From Anaerorhabdus sp. (GTDB lineage: Bacteria > Bacillota_I > Bacilli_A > Erysipelotrichales > Erysipelotrichaceae), in the NCBI RefSeq assembly GCF_036636695.1, contig NZ_JAVWNW010000008.1: DNA of 64,000 nucleotides. One strand, 5' to 3'. A model generated the notes under the pieces. It was not told the DNA's origin. It made no database searches and saw nothing but the letters and a program-made list of their open reading frames with translations. This document shows positions 1 through 10,950 of this stretch, piece by piece. Numbering within the stretch: the stretch's first letter is position 1; every line of letters begins with the position of its first letter. The translations under genes and the position numbers were made by a program.

Positions 1-680
1 AGAAACAAAAAATGGTTTCTGACATTATTGCTAATGCGGCACCAACAACAATGAAATTAGGGGCAGTTGCATTTGTCATTGCGATGGTTGTGGGAATAAC
101 ATTTGGTATGGTAGCGGCCCTTACAAAACGTAAATGGGTTAATAACTTAATCATGACGATTGCTACTCTTGGTGTAAGTGTTCCAAGTTTCTTGTTAGCA
201 TTATTCTTAATGATGCTGTTTGGAGTTCAATTGAAGATCTTTCCACTAATAGGGCTGAAGACGCCACTGCATTATGTAATGCCAGCGCTTGCCCTATCCT
301 TCTACCCAATTTCAGTTATTACGCGTTTGGTTAGAAGTAGTATGATTGAAGTTTTAAAACAAGACTACATGGTACTAGCGAAAGCAAAAGGATGTAATAA
401 ACTCACGATGTATGTAAAACATGCATTGAAAAATGCTTTACTTCCAGTAATTACTTATGCTGGTCCAACAATTGCTTTCTTAATGACAGGTAGCTTCGTT
501 GTAGAAAATTTATTCTCAATTCCAGGAATTGGAGCAGAATTTGTTAATAGCATCAATAATCGTGATTATACCTTAATCATGGGTCTTACAATTTATTTAG
601 GAGTATTCATCATTGTTGCGAATATTATATCTGACATCTTGAGTGCTCTAGTTGACCCTAGAATTAAGATTTCGGATTAA
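1..680 (+). CDS. oppB: ABC oligopeptide/dipeptide transporter permease, OppB/DppB type (5' end runs off the window)
   Basis: Reading frame is open to the window edge. Only about 222 aa are present versus about 300 aa for full-length family members. Multi-TM protein with the binding-protein-dependent permease loop (LAKAKG..HALKNALLPVITY). Followed by oppC-D-F-A. Confidence 0.85.
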   Translation, partial: KQKMVSDIIANAAPTTMKLGAVAFVIAMVVGITFGMVAALTKRKWVNNLIMTIATLGVSVPSFLLALFLMMLFGVQLKIFPLIGLKTPLHYVMPALALSFYPISVITRLVRSSMIEVLKQDYMVLAKAKGCNKLTMYVKHALKNALLPVITYAGPTIAFLMTGSFVVENLFSIPGIGAEFVNSINNRDYTLIMGLTIYLGVFIIVANIISDILSALVDPRIKISD

Positions 681-690
681 GGAGGTAGTT

Positions 691-1608
691 ATGAGTCAAG
701 TATATGATAAAAGTCTATTTGAAAAATTAGATGATAGTGAAAAAAATAGTGACTTCATTGCGGTTGAAAGTAAAACATACTTTCAAGATGCATGGAAAAG
801 ATTTAAACAAAATAAATTAGCATTAGGAGGTTTAGTTGTTATTACAATTATTATCCTCTTCGCAATTTTCGGACCAATTCTTAGTTCGTATTCCTATGAT
901 GGTGTGGATGCATCGATGAGAAATTCATTACCTAGTTTAAAGCATTGGATGGGAACAGATAAATTTGGTCGTGATATTTTTATTCGTATCCTTTATGGAG
1001 CGCGTATTAGTTTATCGATAGGATTTGCAGCAGCTGGAATCAGTTTAGTCATTGGAATTGTGTATGGCGGTATTTCCGGATATGTGGGTGGTAAATTAGA
1101 TATGTTTATGATGCGTATCATCGATATTCTATATTCAATCCCAAGCATGTTGTATGTCATTCTTATCATGTTAGTGTTTGGAAGTAACATGCAAAGTATC
1201 TTGTTGGGTATTTGTGTAAGTAGTTGGATTGGTATGGCTCGATTGGTTCGTGGTCAGGTTATGACATTAAAAAACCAAGAGTTTGCACTTGCGAGTTATG
1301 TTATTGGAGCAAGTCGTACAAGAATTCTATTCAAACATTTGATTATTAATTCAATGGGACCAATCATTGTTTCATTAACATTGATGATTCCATCAGCAAT
1401 CTTTACAGAATCATTCTTAAGTTTCGTGGGTATTGGTATTAGTGCACCAATGGCTTCATGGGGAACTTTAGCGAGTGATGCAAAGGCTTTGATTGAAACG
1501 AATCCGCTTCAAGTTATATGGCCAGTTGCAGCAATTTGTATTACCATGTTATCTCTTAACTTTATTGGAGATGGATTGGGTGATGCACTTGATCCAAAGA
1601 AAAAGTAA
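691..1608 (+). CDS. oppC: ABC oligopeptide transporter permease, OppC/DppC type
   Basis: ATG at 691 lies 7 nt after AAGGAGG. The ORF-track start at 652 overlaps oppB and has no RBS. TM-rich, with an N-terminal OppC-type extension and HWMGTDKFGRD motif. Confidence 0.85.
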   Translation: MSQVYDKSLFEKLDDSEKNSDFIAVESKTYFQDAWKRFKQNKLALGGLVVITIIILFAIFGPILSSYSYDGVDASMRNSLPSLKHWMGTDKFGRDIFIRILYGARISLSIGFAAAGISLVIGIVYGGISGYVGGKLDMFMMRIIDILYSIPSMLYVILIMLVFGSNMQSILLGICVSSWIGMARLVRGQVMTLKNQEFALASYVIGASRTRILFKHLIINSMGPIIVSLTLMIPSAIFTESFLSFVGIGISAPMASWGTLASDAKALIETNPLQVIWPVAAICITMLSLNFIGDGLGDALDPKKK

Positions 1609-1620
1609 GGGGGATATGAA

Positions 1621-2634
1621 ATGAGTTTACTTGATGTAAAAAATTTAGTAACAGAATTTAAGACAGAAGATGGAACTGTTCAAGCTGTTCGTAATATTAG
1701 TTTTCATATCGATGGTGGCGAAGTATTAGGTATTGTTGGAGAATCAGGTTCAGGTAAAAGCCAAACGATGTTTAGTGTTATGGGATTACTTGCCGATAAT
1801 GGTGCAGTAATAAATGGTGAAATTGTATTTGATGGAAAAGATATTTCTTCAACTAATAAAACTAAAGCAGAAAAGAAAGCCTACGAAAAAATAATGCAAA
1901 CTATTCGTGGTAAAGATATGGCAATGATATTCCAAGATCCAATGACTTTCTTAAATCCTGTATTACGTATTGAAACACAACTAATTGAGCCTTTGTTGAA
2001 TCATACAAAGATGTCAAAAGCAGAAGCAAAACAAAAAGCGATAGAAATGATGGAACGGGTTGGTATTCCAAATCCTCAAGAAAGAATTCGTCAGTATCCT
2101 CACCAATTCTCTGGGGGGATGCGTCAACGTATTGTTATTGCGATTGCCTTAATGTGTCATCCTAAATTGATTATTGCAGATGAACCTACTACAGCTCTTG
2201 ATGTAACTATTCAAGCACAAGTATTGGAGTTAATTCAAAGTTTACAAAAAGAACAAAATACATCAATTATTATGATTACTCATGATTTAGGAGTAGTTGC
2301 GAATATGTGTGATCGTATTGTAATTATGTATGGTGGGAAAATTGTTGAACAAGGAACAGACAATGAAATATTTTATGAAGCAAAACATCCTTACACGCTC
2401 GGATTACTTGAAAGTGTAAATAATCCTGAAAATAAAGAGAAGACGGAATTAAAACCAATTCCTGGATCACCACCGGATTTATTGCATCCGCCAGTAGGAT
2501 GTCCATTTGTTGACCGCTGTGAAAAAGCGATGAAGATTTGTAAGGATCAAGAACCACCACTAACAGAAATAACAAAAACACAATTCTGTTCATGTTGGCT
2601 ACTACAAAAGGAAGGGATGATGAACCATGAGTGA
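1621..2634 (+). CDS. oppD: oligopeptide ABC transporter ATP-binding protein OppD
   Basis: Walker A GESGSGKS, ABC signature FSGGMRQR, Walker B LIIADEPTTALD. C-terminal oligopeptide-type Cys-rich extension (GCPFVDRC). Confidence 0.9.
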   Translation: MSLLDVKNLVTEFKTEDGTVQAVRNISFHIDGGEVLGIVGESGSGKSQTMFSVMGLLADNGAVINGEIVFDGKDISSTNKTKAEKKAYEKIMQTIRGKDMAMIFQDPMTFLNPVLRIETQLIEPLLNHTKMSKAEAKQKAIEMMERVGIPNPQERIRQYPHQFSGGMRQRIVIAIALMCHPKLIIADEPTTALDVTIQAQVLELIQSLQKEQNTSIIMITHDLGVVANMCDRIVIMYGGKIVEQGTDNEIFYEAKHPYTLGLLESVNNPENKEKTELKPIPGSPPDLLHPPVGCPFVDRCEKAMKICKDQEPPLTEITKTQFCSCWLLQKEGMMNHE

Positions 2635-3598
2635 TACAATCTTAGAAGTTAAAAATTTAAAGATGTACTTTGATGTTTCAAAAGCCTTTCAAGCTAAAAA
2701 ATATGTCAAAGCAGTTGATGATATAAGTTTTTCAATCAAACGTGGAGAAACTTTAGGACTTGTAGGTGAATCAGGCTGTGGTAAGAGTACACTTGGACGT
2801 TGTATCGTAAGAATTTATGATCCAACTGAAGGAAGTATCATCTTCAACGGTGTTGATATTGCGACAAAGAAAAATAAAGAATTAAAAGATTATCGTAAAG
2901 CTTCACAAATGATTTTCCAAGATCCATATGCATCATTAGATCCACGTATGACTGTTGGTGAAATTATTCGTGAACCAATGGATATTCATAAGATTTATGA
3001 TACAAAAGAAGAACGTACAAAGCGTGTTCAAGAGTTATTGCAAATTGTTGGATTAAAACCAGATCACATTCGTCGTTATCCACATGAATTTTCAGGAGGA
3101 CAACGTCAACGTATTGGAATAGCACGTGCTTTAGCACTTAATCCAGAATTTATTGTTTGTGATGAACCAATATCTGCATTGGATGTTTCCATTCAGGCAC
3201 AAGTTATTAACTTATTAGAAAAGATTCAAAAAGAAATGGATGTTGCCTACTTATTCATTGCCCATGACTTAAGTATGGTTAAACATATTAGTGATCGCAT
3301 TGGCGTAATGTATTTGGGAAGAATTGTAGAACTTGGCGAGAGTGATGATTTATACAGTAATCCTCTTCACCCATATACAAGAGCACTTTTGTCATCTGTA
3401 CCAATACCAGATCCAAAAATTGCGAAAACAAAGAAACGTATTGTATTGGAAGGTGAGCTTCCAAGTCCTATCAATCCGCCTTCAGGCTGTACATTTCGTT
3501 TACGTTGTCCACATGCAACAGAAAGATGCGCAAACGAAGTGCCTAAGTTAACGAAGGTAGGAACAAGAGAAGTTGCTTGCTTTTTATATGAGAGATAA
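2627..3598 (+). CDS. oppF: oligopeptide ABC transporter ATP-binding protein OppF
   Basis: Walker [10 protein letters not shown], signature FSGGQRQR, Walker [14 protein letters not shown]-terminal GCTFRLRCP motif. 8-nt overlap with oppD. Confidence 0.9.
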   Translation: MSDTILEVKNLKMYFDVSKAFQAKKYVKAVDDISFSIKRGETLGLVGESGCGKSTLGRCIVRIYDPTEGSIIFNGVDIATKKNKELKDYRKASQMIFQDPYASLDPRMTVGEIIREPMDIHKIYDTKEERTKRVQELLQIVGLKPDHIRRYPHEFSGGQRQRIGIARALALNPEFIVCDEPISALDVSIQAQVINLLEKIQKEMDVAYLFIAHDLSMVKHISDRIGVMYLGRIVELGESDDLYSNPLHPYTRALLSSVPIPDPKIAKTKKRIVLEGELPSPINPPSGCTFRLRCPHATERCANEVPKLTKVGTREVACFLYER

Positions 3599-3617
3599 AA
3601 ACTAGGAGGAAAGAAAG

Positions 3618-5288
3618 ATGAAAAAACTATTAAAACTAATGGGTGTATTTGCATTAGTGGTTGGTATTCTTACAGGATGTTCAAGTGCACCTAAAAAAGA
3701 TGCTGGCGACGCGAATACAAACACAGGTAAAACAGCAGCTAACGAATTAGTTGTTGCAATCGGTGGAGAACCAACATATTTGGATCCAGCAATTGCAGGT
3801 GATGCTGTAAGTAACTATGTAACAAAACAAATGTATGAAGGTTTATTCTCAGTTAAACCTGATGGATCACTTCAAAATGAACTTTGTGAATCATTCACAG
3901 TAAGTGAAGATGGTCTAGTGTATACATATACACTTACTGATGCTAATTGGAGCGATGGGCAACCAATTACAGCAGAAGACTTTGTATATGGTATGAAACG
4001 TTCAATTGCTTACGGTTCTGCCGATGCATATTATGGTTCATTCTTAACTAAAACTGTTAAGGGTGGAGCTGAAGCAAGTGCAGTTGTTGATGCAGCTGGA
4101 CAAGTATTAATCGAAGAACTACCTGAATTAGGGATTAAGGCTTTAGATGATAAAACATTAGAAATTACTCTAGAAAAACCAGTTCCTTATTTCAATCAAT
4201 TATTAGTTCAAGGCGCAACTTACCCAATCCGCTCTGATTTTGCGGAAGAAAAAGTAAGTGCTTGGGCAGATAGTAAAGATGTTCCAGTAAGTGGTGCATT
4301 TATGTTTGAATCAAGAAATGCCAATGAAGAAATTGTATTGGTTAAAAACCCTAACTATCGTAATGCAGATCAAGTAACTTTAGAAAAAATTACTTTCAAA
4401 ATCATGCCTGATGGTGTTGCACAATTAAATGCATTTAAAGCAGGTGAATTAGATTTTGCAATGGCACCTTCTCCTGAAACTGCAAAAACTTATGAAGGTA
4501 AACCAGAATTATTTACAATTGATCCATATGTAATTAATTACTTTGTAACAGTTAATGCTGGAAGCAATGCACCAGAAGCATTGCAAGATGCAAATGTACG
4601 TAAAGCATTATCAATGGCAGTTGATAGAGATGAATTAATTGCAATTATTGATGCTGGTGACACATATTATCCATTATACGGTTTCATTCCTAGAGGAATG
4701 GCTGGTGTAAATGGTGACTTCCGTGAAGAACAAGATGCTGTATTAAAACTTTCTGATACAAATGTTGAAGAAGCAAAAGCATTAATGGCTACAGCGGGTT
4801 ATGATGAAACTAATCCATTAACACTTACTTACTACTACAACGATTCTGATTTACATAGAACAGTTGCACAAGTGTTACAAGAACAATGGAAACGTATCGG
4901 TGTGAATGTTGAATTAAAAACAGCTGAAGTACGTGTATTCTTTGATGATCGTACAAATGCAAACTTTGAACTTGCTCGTCATGCAAACTCTGCTGACTAC
5001 CTAGATCCAATGATCTATTTAGAAATGTATATGCGTGCAGGACAAGGAACTACAAAAGCAGTTGATGATCAAAAATATGAAGATTTAATTGCTGCAGCTA
5101 ATGCTGAAAGTGATCCTAAAGTACGTTTAGAAAAATTACATGAAGCTGAAAACTATTTCGTTAATGAAATGGCTTATATTATTCCTTTATTTGGATATAC
5201 TAATCCAGAATTATTACGTCAAGGAATCACTGGAATTGAAACTTCTCCAGATGGAGCTGTTAACTTCCGTTACACAAAAGTACAATAA
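3618..5288 (+). CDS. oppA: peptide-binding lipoprotein, ABC substrate-binding protein family 5 (OppA-like)
   Basis: Signal peptide with lipobox LTGC. Size of 556 aa and motifs are typical of SBP family 5. RBS AGGAGGA upstream. Last gene of the opp operon. Confidence 0.9.
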   Translation: MKKLLKLMGVFALVVGILTGCSSAPKKDAGDANTNTGKTAANELVVAIGGEPTYLDPAIAGDAVSNYVTKQMYEGLFSVKPDGSLQNELCESFTVSEDGLVYTYTLTDANWSDGQPITAEDFVYGMKRSIAYGSADAYYGSFLTKTVKGGAEASAVVDAAGQVLIEELPELGIKALDDKTLEITLEKPVPYFNQLLVQGATYPIRSDFAEEKVSAWADSKDVPVSGAFMFESRNANEEIVLVKNPNYRNADQVTLEKITFKIMPDGVAQLNAFKAGELDFAMAPSPETAKTYEGKPELFTIDPYVINYFVTVNAGSNAPEALQDANVRKALSMAVDRDELIAIIDAGDTYYPLYGFIPRGMAGVNGDFREEQDAVLKLSDTNVEEAKALMATAGYDETNPLTLTYYYNDSDLHRTVAQVLQEQWKRIGVNVELKTAEVRVFFDDRTNANFELARHANSADYLDPMIYLEMYMRAGQGTTKAVDDQKYEDLIAAANAESDPKVRLEKLHEAENYFVNEMAYIIPLFGYTNPELLRQGITGIETSPDGAVNFRYTKVQ

Positions 5289-5299
5289 TCAAAAATTTT

Positions 5300-5336
5300 A
5301 GAGGTGTTAGTTTATGATATTAACACCTCTTCTCTC
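5300..5336 (+). terminator. candidate intrinsic terminator after oppA
   Basis: 10-bp stem agaggtgtta / taacacctct followed by a pyrimidine-rich tract (tctctc). The U-tract is weak. Confidence 0.45.
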
Positions 5337-5349
5337 ATAGGAGGTTAGG

Positions 5350-6540
5350 ATGGAACTCAATAAAGATAAATTACCAATTATTAAAAACGCTTTAAAAGAA
5401 AACGAACTTGATGCGTGGTGTGTATTAGGTCGAGAAACAATTATGAAGAGTGAACCTATTCTTCCTGTATTAGGGGATATGGATTTCATTATCGCTACAG
5501 GATTAATTTTTACTCAAGATAAAATAATTGCGGTTGTAAGTACACTAGATGAAGAAGGCTACAAATTAATTGAAGGTATTGATGAAATTATAACGTACAC
5601 AGGGGATCTTATGGTTCCAGTTGCGAAGAAGATAAAAGAATTAAATCCCAAGAAACTAGGATTGAATTTCTCTAAAAATGATGCGAGTGCTGATGGACTA
5701 ACTTATGGGATGAAGTTAAAACTTGAAAGACAGCTTAAAGAAGTTGGCTTTGAAGGTGAACTTGTAAGTGCAGTTAATTTAATTGCGAAAGTTCGTGGGC
5801 AAAAAACCGCTGAACAAATTAAGAAAATTAAGCATACTGCTGAAGTTGCTTTGAAATATTTAGAAAGTGTTCCAACAATGTTAAAAGATGGAACAACTTC
5901 ATTAGACATATTCAATTATTTACATGAAGTTGCATATAATGATGGATATGGAATGTCTTGGACACCATCACAATGTCCAGGAGTTAGTGTTGATCCAAAT
6001 GTACCTGCAGGACATATGGGAATTATTGAAACACCTATCGTTAAAGGATATGTAATTAATATTGATTATGGTGTATCAAAAGATGGATATTGTAGTGATC
6101 TCCAAAGGATGTATTACATCTTAAAAGATGATGAAGATGATGCACCAGAAGAAGTGAAACGAGCATTCTATACTGTGCGTGATGCAATAAAAATGGCAAA
6201 AGATGCGATGAAACCAGGTGTGACTGGTTATCAAATTGATAAGATTGCAAGAAGCCATGTCGTCAGTGAAGGATATGATTCTTGGAATGCTGCACTTGGA
6301 CATCAAGTGGGACATGAAACACATGATGGAGGATATATCCTTGCAAATCGTCGCCCGCGTTATAACCGACCAGAATTAATTGATCAACCATTAGATGAAG
6401 GAAACGTCTTCACAATAGAGCCTGGTGTTGAAACATCACGTGGACGTATTGGTATTGAAGAAATGGTTGTGATTACAAAAGATGGATGCGAATGGCTAGT
6501 TCCTCCGCAACAAGAATTGATGCTAGTGAGGGTGAAATAA
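5350..6540 (+). CDS. M24 family metallopeptidase (Xaa-Pro aminopeptidase/dipeptidase-like)
   Basis: Pita-bread fold metal ligands are recognisable (DYGV..YCSDLQR, GHQVGHETHD, TIEPG, GIEEMVV). RBS AGGAGG. Confidence 0.8.
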   Translation: MELNKDKLPIIKNALKENELDAWCVLGRETIMKSEPILPVLGDMDFIIATGLIFTQDKIIAVVSTLDEEGYKLIEGIDEIITYTGDLMVPVAKKIKELNPKKLGLNFSKNDASADGLTYGMKLKLERQLKEVGFEGELVSAVNLIAKVRGQKTAEQIKKIKHTAEVALKYLESVPTMLKDGTTSLDIFNYLHEVAYNDGYGMSWTPSQCPGVSVDPNVPAGHMGIIETPIVKGYVINIDYGVSKDGYCSDLQRMYYILKDDEDDAPEEVKRAFYTVRDAIKMAKDAMKPGVTGYQIDKIARSHVVSEGYDSWNAALGHQVGHETHDGGYILANRRPRYNRPELIDQPLDEGNVFTIEPGVETSRGRIGIEEMVVITKDGCEWLVPPQQELMLVRVK

Positions 6541-7955
6541 TGACACGTTGTTATGATTTTTTTAAGGAAACATGCAAGTTTCCACATGGTTCATATAATG
6601 AAAAACAATTAAGTGATTACTTAGTTGAGTTCGCTAAAAAGAATGATTTAAAAGTAATTCAAGATGATATGTTCAATGTTGTAATCTACAAAGATGCAAC
6701 ACCAGGATATGAAGATCACGATACACTTATGCTTCAAGCACATATGGATATGGTGGATGAAAAAAATAAAGAAAGTAATCATGACTTTACCAAAGATCCT
6801 ATTGAAATTATCGAAATGGAAGATGGATGGATTAAAGCAAATGGAACAACTCTAGGTGCAGATGATGGTATAGGCACTGCTTATATGCTTGCGATTCTAG
6901 AAGACAAAACATTGGAACATCCAGCGTTGGAGTGTGTCTTTACAGTTCAAGAAGAAGTTGGTTTATTTGGAGCAATGAATCTAAAAGCAGAATATTTTAA
7001 AGCTAAAAATGCGATTAGTTTAGATGGTGGCGATGAAAAGACACTTCTTTCATCTGCTGGCGGAAGACGTGTTGAAATAAAAATACCAATGGGCTGTCAA
7101 CCGGTTCACACAAAGGGATTACGTATTATGGTACGTGGTTTACAAGGTGGACATAGTGGTGGCAGTATTGATAAAGAATTAGGAAATAGTAATAAAATTA
7201 TGGGTAGAGTTTTATATCACCTCCAAAAGGCAGTAGATATTCGTTTAGTATCTATTGAGGGAGGTTCTAAAGACAATGCCATTCCTAGAGAAAATGATGC
7301 AGTAATTGCATATGATGAAAAAGACCATGATCAAGTTCTTGCGATAATCAAAAAACAAGAAGAAGATATATTCGCGCTATTAGAATTTTCAGATGCTGGC
7401 TTTAAATTGTCAGTTGAAGAAGAGACAGTAAGTCAATCCATGTCAAAATATAATACAAAACAATTTATTCGTTTCTTGTACTTACTTCCAAATGGTTTGA
7501 TTTCAAAGAGTATGAATATTCCAGGACTTACATTAACTTCATTAAATGTGGGTGTTATTTCATGTAATGAAGTGTCAATTGTAATTCACCTATCATTAAG
7601 AAGTGCTTATAATGAGAGCATTGATGAAATGACATATTCAATTAAAGAGTTATGTGATTTGTTTGAATATTCAATGTCAACAGATTCAAGTTATCCAGGA
7701 TGGCGTTATAAAGAAATTAATCCATTAAGAGATGTTATCTGTGAGATATATAAAGATATGACAGGTAATGAAATGGAAAAGGTTGCAGCTCATGGAGGAA
7801 ATGAATGTGGAATACTTGAAAGTATTCTAGATAATCCCAATATTGCAAATCTTGGTCCATGTATGAAATATATTCACACCCCACAAGAAACACTTCAACT
7901 TGAATCTTTTGATCGCATGTATGATGTGTTAGTTAATGTAATAAAGAGATTATGA
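6540..7955 (+). CDS. pepD: aminoacyl-histidine dipeptidase, M20C family (PepD-like)
   Basis: Motifs LQAHMDMV, GTTLGADDGIG, FTVQEEVGLFGA. ATG at 6540 overlaps the upstream stop. The 6486 start lies inside the previous gene. Confidence 0.8.
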   Translation: MTRCYDFFKETCKFPHGSYNEKQLSDYLVEFAKKNDLKVIQDDMFNVVIYKDATPGYEDHDTLMLQAHMDMVDEKNKESNHDFTKDPIEIIEMEDGWIKANGTTLGADDGIGTAYMLAILEDKTLEHPALECVFTVQEEVGLFGAMNLKAEYFKAKNAISLDGGDEKTLLSSAGGRRVEIKIPMGCQPVHTKGLRIMVRGLQGGHSGGSIDKELGNSNKIMGRVLYHLQKAVDIRLVSIEGGSKDNAIPRENDAVIAYDEKDHDQVLAIIKKQEEDIFALLEFSDAGFKLSVEEETVSQSMSKYNTKQFIRFLYLLPNGLISKSMNIPGLTLTSLNVGVISCNEVSIVIHLSLRSAYNESIDEMTYSIKELCDLFEYSMSTDSSYPGWRYKEINPLRDVICEIYKDMTGNEMEKVAAHGGNECGILESILDNPNIANLGPCMKYIHTPQETLQLESFDRMYDVLVNVIKRL

Positions 7956-9139
7956 GTTCCAAGGTTTCTTTAAAGCGTTACTTTATTTTAATTATTCTTC
8001 AAACACTTGCGGCGAATTTTGCGCACCCAGTAACTCCAACATTGATTAGTGATTTGAAATTTCATAACTATATGTTTGGGGTAGCGTTTGCGTCAATGTC
8101 ACTTACTTACTTCTTATTTGCACCTTTTTGGGGAAAGGTTAGTGATTTAATAGGAAGAGTAAAAGTGTTAGCGTTATGTTGTATAGGCTACGCAATTGGT
8201 CAATGGGTTATGAGTGGAATGCATACAGAATTAGATTTTGTAATTGCACGATTGATTTCAGGGTTCTTTATTGGTGGAATTAGTGTTTGCCAACTTACTT
8301 ATATTATTGATGTATGTGACTTGGAAAATCGAGGAAGAAATCTTGTCATTAATGCAACAATTCAATCGGTGTGTGGTCCGCTAGGTTATTTAATCGGTGG
8401 ATTAATTGGTACTTATTCAATTACATTGCTTTTTGGTTCGCAAGTTTTTCTACTAGCTTTATCTGGAGTACTCTTCTTTATCTTTTTAAAGGATATTGAT
8501 AATGAGAAAAAGAAAGTAACTAGAAAAGAATTTATAAAAAATGCAAATCCATTTGCTTCATTTATTGGAATTAATAAATACTTAACAAAACAATTAGTAA
8601 TCTTTTTTGTAGCTATTATAATTGCATCATTTGGAATTACTGCCTTTGATCAATGCTTTAATTATTATATTAAAGATGTATATGGCTTTCTCCCTGCGTA
8701 TAATGGATTATTAAAAGCAGTAATAGGAATTATTGCGTTACTTGCGAATGTAACAATTTGTATGTGGCTTATGAAAAATACAACGATTAAAAAAACACTT
8801 GTCTATGTATATGCATTAACTAGTATCGTTGCCTTTCTTGTAGCTGGAACAAAAGAATTACTATTCTTTGTAATTGTGGCTATTCTATATTTTGCATTAG
8901 TTGCAATAGTGACACCACTTCAACAACAGATTGTTTCATTACAAACAACGCCTAAAAGTAATGGTCAAATCATGGGGTTTTATAGCTCTGTGAATTCTTT
9001 GGGAATGGTTTGTGGATCATTATTTGCAGGATTTATCTATGATTTAGGTCCATCGATTTCATTTCTAATAACAGCTATATGTTTCTTATGCATAGCTGTA
9101 TTAATTGGATTAACCAATCGATTATCAATGAAAGGATAA
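7952..9139 (+). CDS. MFS transporter
   Basis: About 12 predicted TM helices and an MFS loop motif (GKVSDLIGR). ATGA overlap with pepD suggests translational coupling. Confidence 0.75.
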   Translation: MSSKVSLKRYFILIILQTLAANFAHPVTPTLISDLKFHNYMFGVAFASMSLTYFLFAPFWGKVSDLIGRVKVLALCCIGYAIGQWVMSGMHTELDFVIARLISGFFIGGISVCQLTYIIDVCDLENRGRNLVINATIQSVCGPLGYLIGGLIGTYSITLLFGSQVFLLALSGVLFFIFLKDIDNEKKKVTRKEFIKNANPFASFIGINKYLTKQLVIFFVAIIIASFGITAFDQCFNYYIKDVYGFLPAYNGLLKAVIGIIALLANVTICMWLMKNTTIKKTLVYVYALTSIVAFLVAGTKELLFFVIVAILYFALVAIVTPLQQQIVSLQTTPKSNGQIMGFYSSVNSLGMVCGSLFAGFIYDLGPSISFLITAICFLCIAVLIGLTNRLSMKG

Positions 9140-9143
9140 TAAT

Positions 9144-10379
9144 ATGAGAACAGTAAAGACCCTTAGGGAGCAATATCAACTTATTGATGAATTGCTAGAA
9201 AAGAAACTACAACAAATACCAGCACTTATGGAAATTGCTGGCATTGATATGTGGATTGTATTTGCGAAAGAATATAATGAAGACCCAATATTAGAGTTTC
9301 TTACACCAACATCATTTCCAACTGCTCGTCGATTAACATGTTTAATTTTTGCGAAAACAAAAGAAGGTTTTAAACGATATAATGCAGGCAGACCAAGTTC
9401 GGATTTAGATCCATATTATGAATCAATTTTCAATGATGTCGATGAAAAACAATTTGCTGCAATTCGAGCAATTATTGAAAAAATTAACCCAACTAAAATT
9501 GGATTAAACTTCTCAAGTCATTATGCATTTGGTGATGGACTAACAAAGTCAATTTATGATGATTTTGCGAAGGCAATGTCGAAGGAAATTCTTGATAAAG
9601 TTGTAAGTGCAGAAAACCTTTGCTTACGTTATTTGGAAACGCGATTACCAGAAGAATTAGAACGCTACAAAGAGATTGCGGAACTTGCGATGGATATTGT
9701 AAATGAAGCATTCTCATTCAATGTAATTGAACTAGGAAAAACCACAACACGTGATTTAGAATGGTGGCTAAAACAAGAAGTCAATCGTTTGGGATTACCT
9801 TTTTGGTTTCCACCAACAATTGACTTACAACGAAAAGACTCTGGTCCTATTTACGACGATGTGACAATTGAAAGGGGCGACTTGCTCCATGTTGACTTTG
9901 GTTTAATTTACCTTGGACTATGCACTGATCATCAACGTTTAGCGTATGTTCCACAAGTAAATGAAACAGAAGTTCCAGAATATTTAATGAAAGCATTCAA
10001 GGAAAATAATCACTTCCAAGATATTGTATGTGCGAATTTTATTGAAGGAAGAACAGGTAATGAAATATTTACTGCTTCTGTGAATCAAGCTAAAGCAGAG
10101 GGAATTACGCCAATGTTATATACACATCCAATTGGTCATTATGGACATGGTCCAGGACCTACAATAGGTCTATTTAATGAACAAAAAGAAATAAAAGTAA
10201 AAGGGGATTATCCACTTTACAAAAATACATGTTATGCGTTGGAACTTAATACAAAACGACTTGTTCCAGAATTTAGTAATAAAGATTTATATGTATTTAC
10301 TGAAGAAACAATAGCCTTTGATGGTGAAAAATGTATTTACCTTGCAAAAGGCAGAGACCATATTCATTTGGTTAAGTAG
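9144..10379 (+). CDS. M24 family metallopeptidase (second, divergent copy)
   Basis: Metal-ligand pattern HVDFG..CTDHQR, HPIGHYGHG, ALELN, FTEETI. Confidence 0.75.
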   Translation: MRTVKTLREQYQLIDELLEKKLQQIPALMEIAGIDMWIVFAKEYNEDPILEFLTPTSFPTARRLTCLIFAKTKEGFKRYNAGRPSSDLDPYYESIFNDVDEKQFAAIRAIIEKINPTKIGLNFSSHYAFGDGLTKSIYDDFAKAMSKEILDKVVSAENLCLRYLETRLPEELERYKEIAELAMDIVNEAFSFNVIELGKTTTRDLEWWLKQEVNRLGLPFWFPPTIDLQRKDSGPIYDDVTIERGDLLHVDFGLIYLGLCTDHQRLAYVPQVNETEVPEYLMKAFKENNHFQDIVCANFIEGRTGNEIFTASVNQAKAEGITPMLYTHPIGHYGHGPGPTIGLFNEQKEIKVKGDYPLYKNTCYALELNTKRLVPEFSNKDLYVFTEETIAFDGEKCIYLAKGRDHIHLVK

Positions 10380-10388
10380 GAGGACACT

Positions 10389-10943
10389 ATGAAAAAACCG
10401 TATGTTATTGTTTTAACTGGTGCCAGCAGTGTTGGTAAAAAACCAATTGTCAGAGCTCTATTAGAAGATAAAGAACTAGACTTAAATTATTGCAAATCAC
10501 TCACAACACGTCCTAAAAGAGATGATGAGATTGATGGGCAAGACTACTTCTTTATTTCACACGATAGTTTTGTAAAAGAAGTCAAAGAAAAGAAAATTCT
10601 AGAATATACAGAATTCAACGGTTACTATTATGGAACTAGTCGTGAACAAATTGAGTTTCTCTTGAGTATTGGTAAGAATGTATTAATTGATGTAGAGGCA
10701 CAAGGGGTTGGGCAAATTAAACTGATATTGCCAGAAGCACTATGTGTATTTGTCGAACCATCAAGCATGGAAGACCTTGAACAACAAATTCGAGATCGAT
10801 ACAATGATAATGAATTTTCAATGAAGCATAGAATTAACAAAGCTAAGATGGAAATGGAACTTCTTCCATTATTCCGTCATACTGTTAAAGTAGACAATGT
10901 TAATGAAGCTGTTGAAGACATTAAACGATTTGTAGCTGAATAA
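10389..10943 (+). CDS. guanylate kinase-like protein (paralogue with atypical P-loop)
   Basis: Gmk motifs TTRPKRDDEIDGQDYFF and YYYGT are present. The P-loop reads GASSVGKK instead of GPSGxGK[ST]. RBS AGGAGGA. Confidence 0.7.
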   Translation: MKKPYVIVLTGASSVGKKPIVRALLEDKELDLNYCKSLTTRPKRDDEIDGQDYFFISHDSFVKEVKEKKILEYTEFNGYYYGTSREQIEFLLSIGKNVLIDVEAQGVGQIKLILPEALCVFVEPSSMEDLEQQIRDRYNDNEFSMKHRINKAKMEMELLPLFRHTVKVDNVNEAVEDIKRFVAE

Positions 10944-10950
10944 GTAGGAT

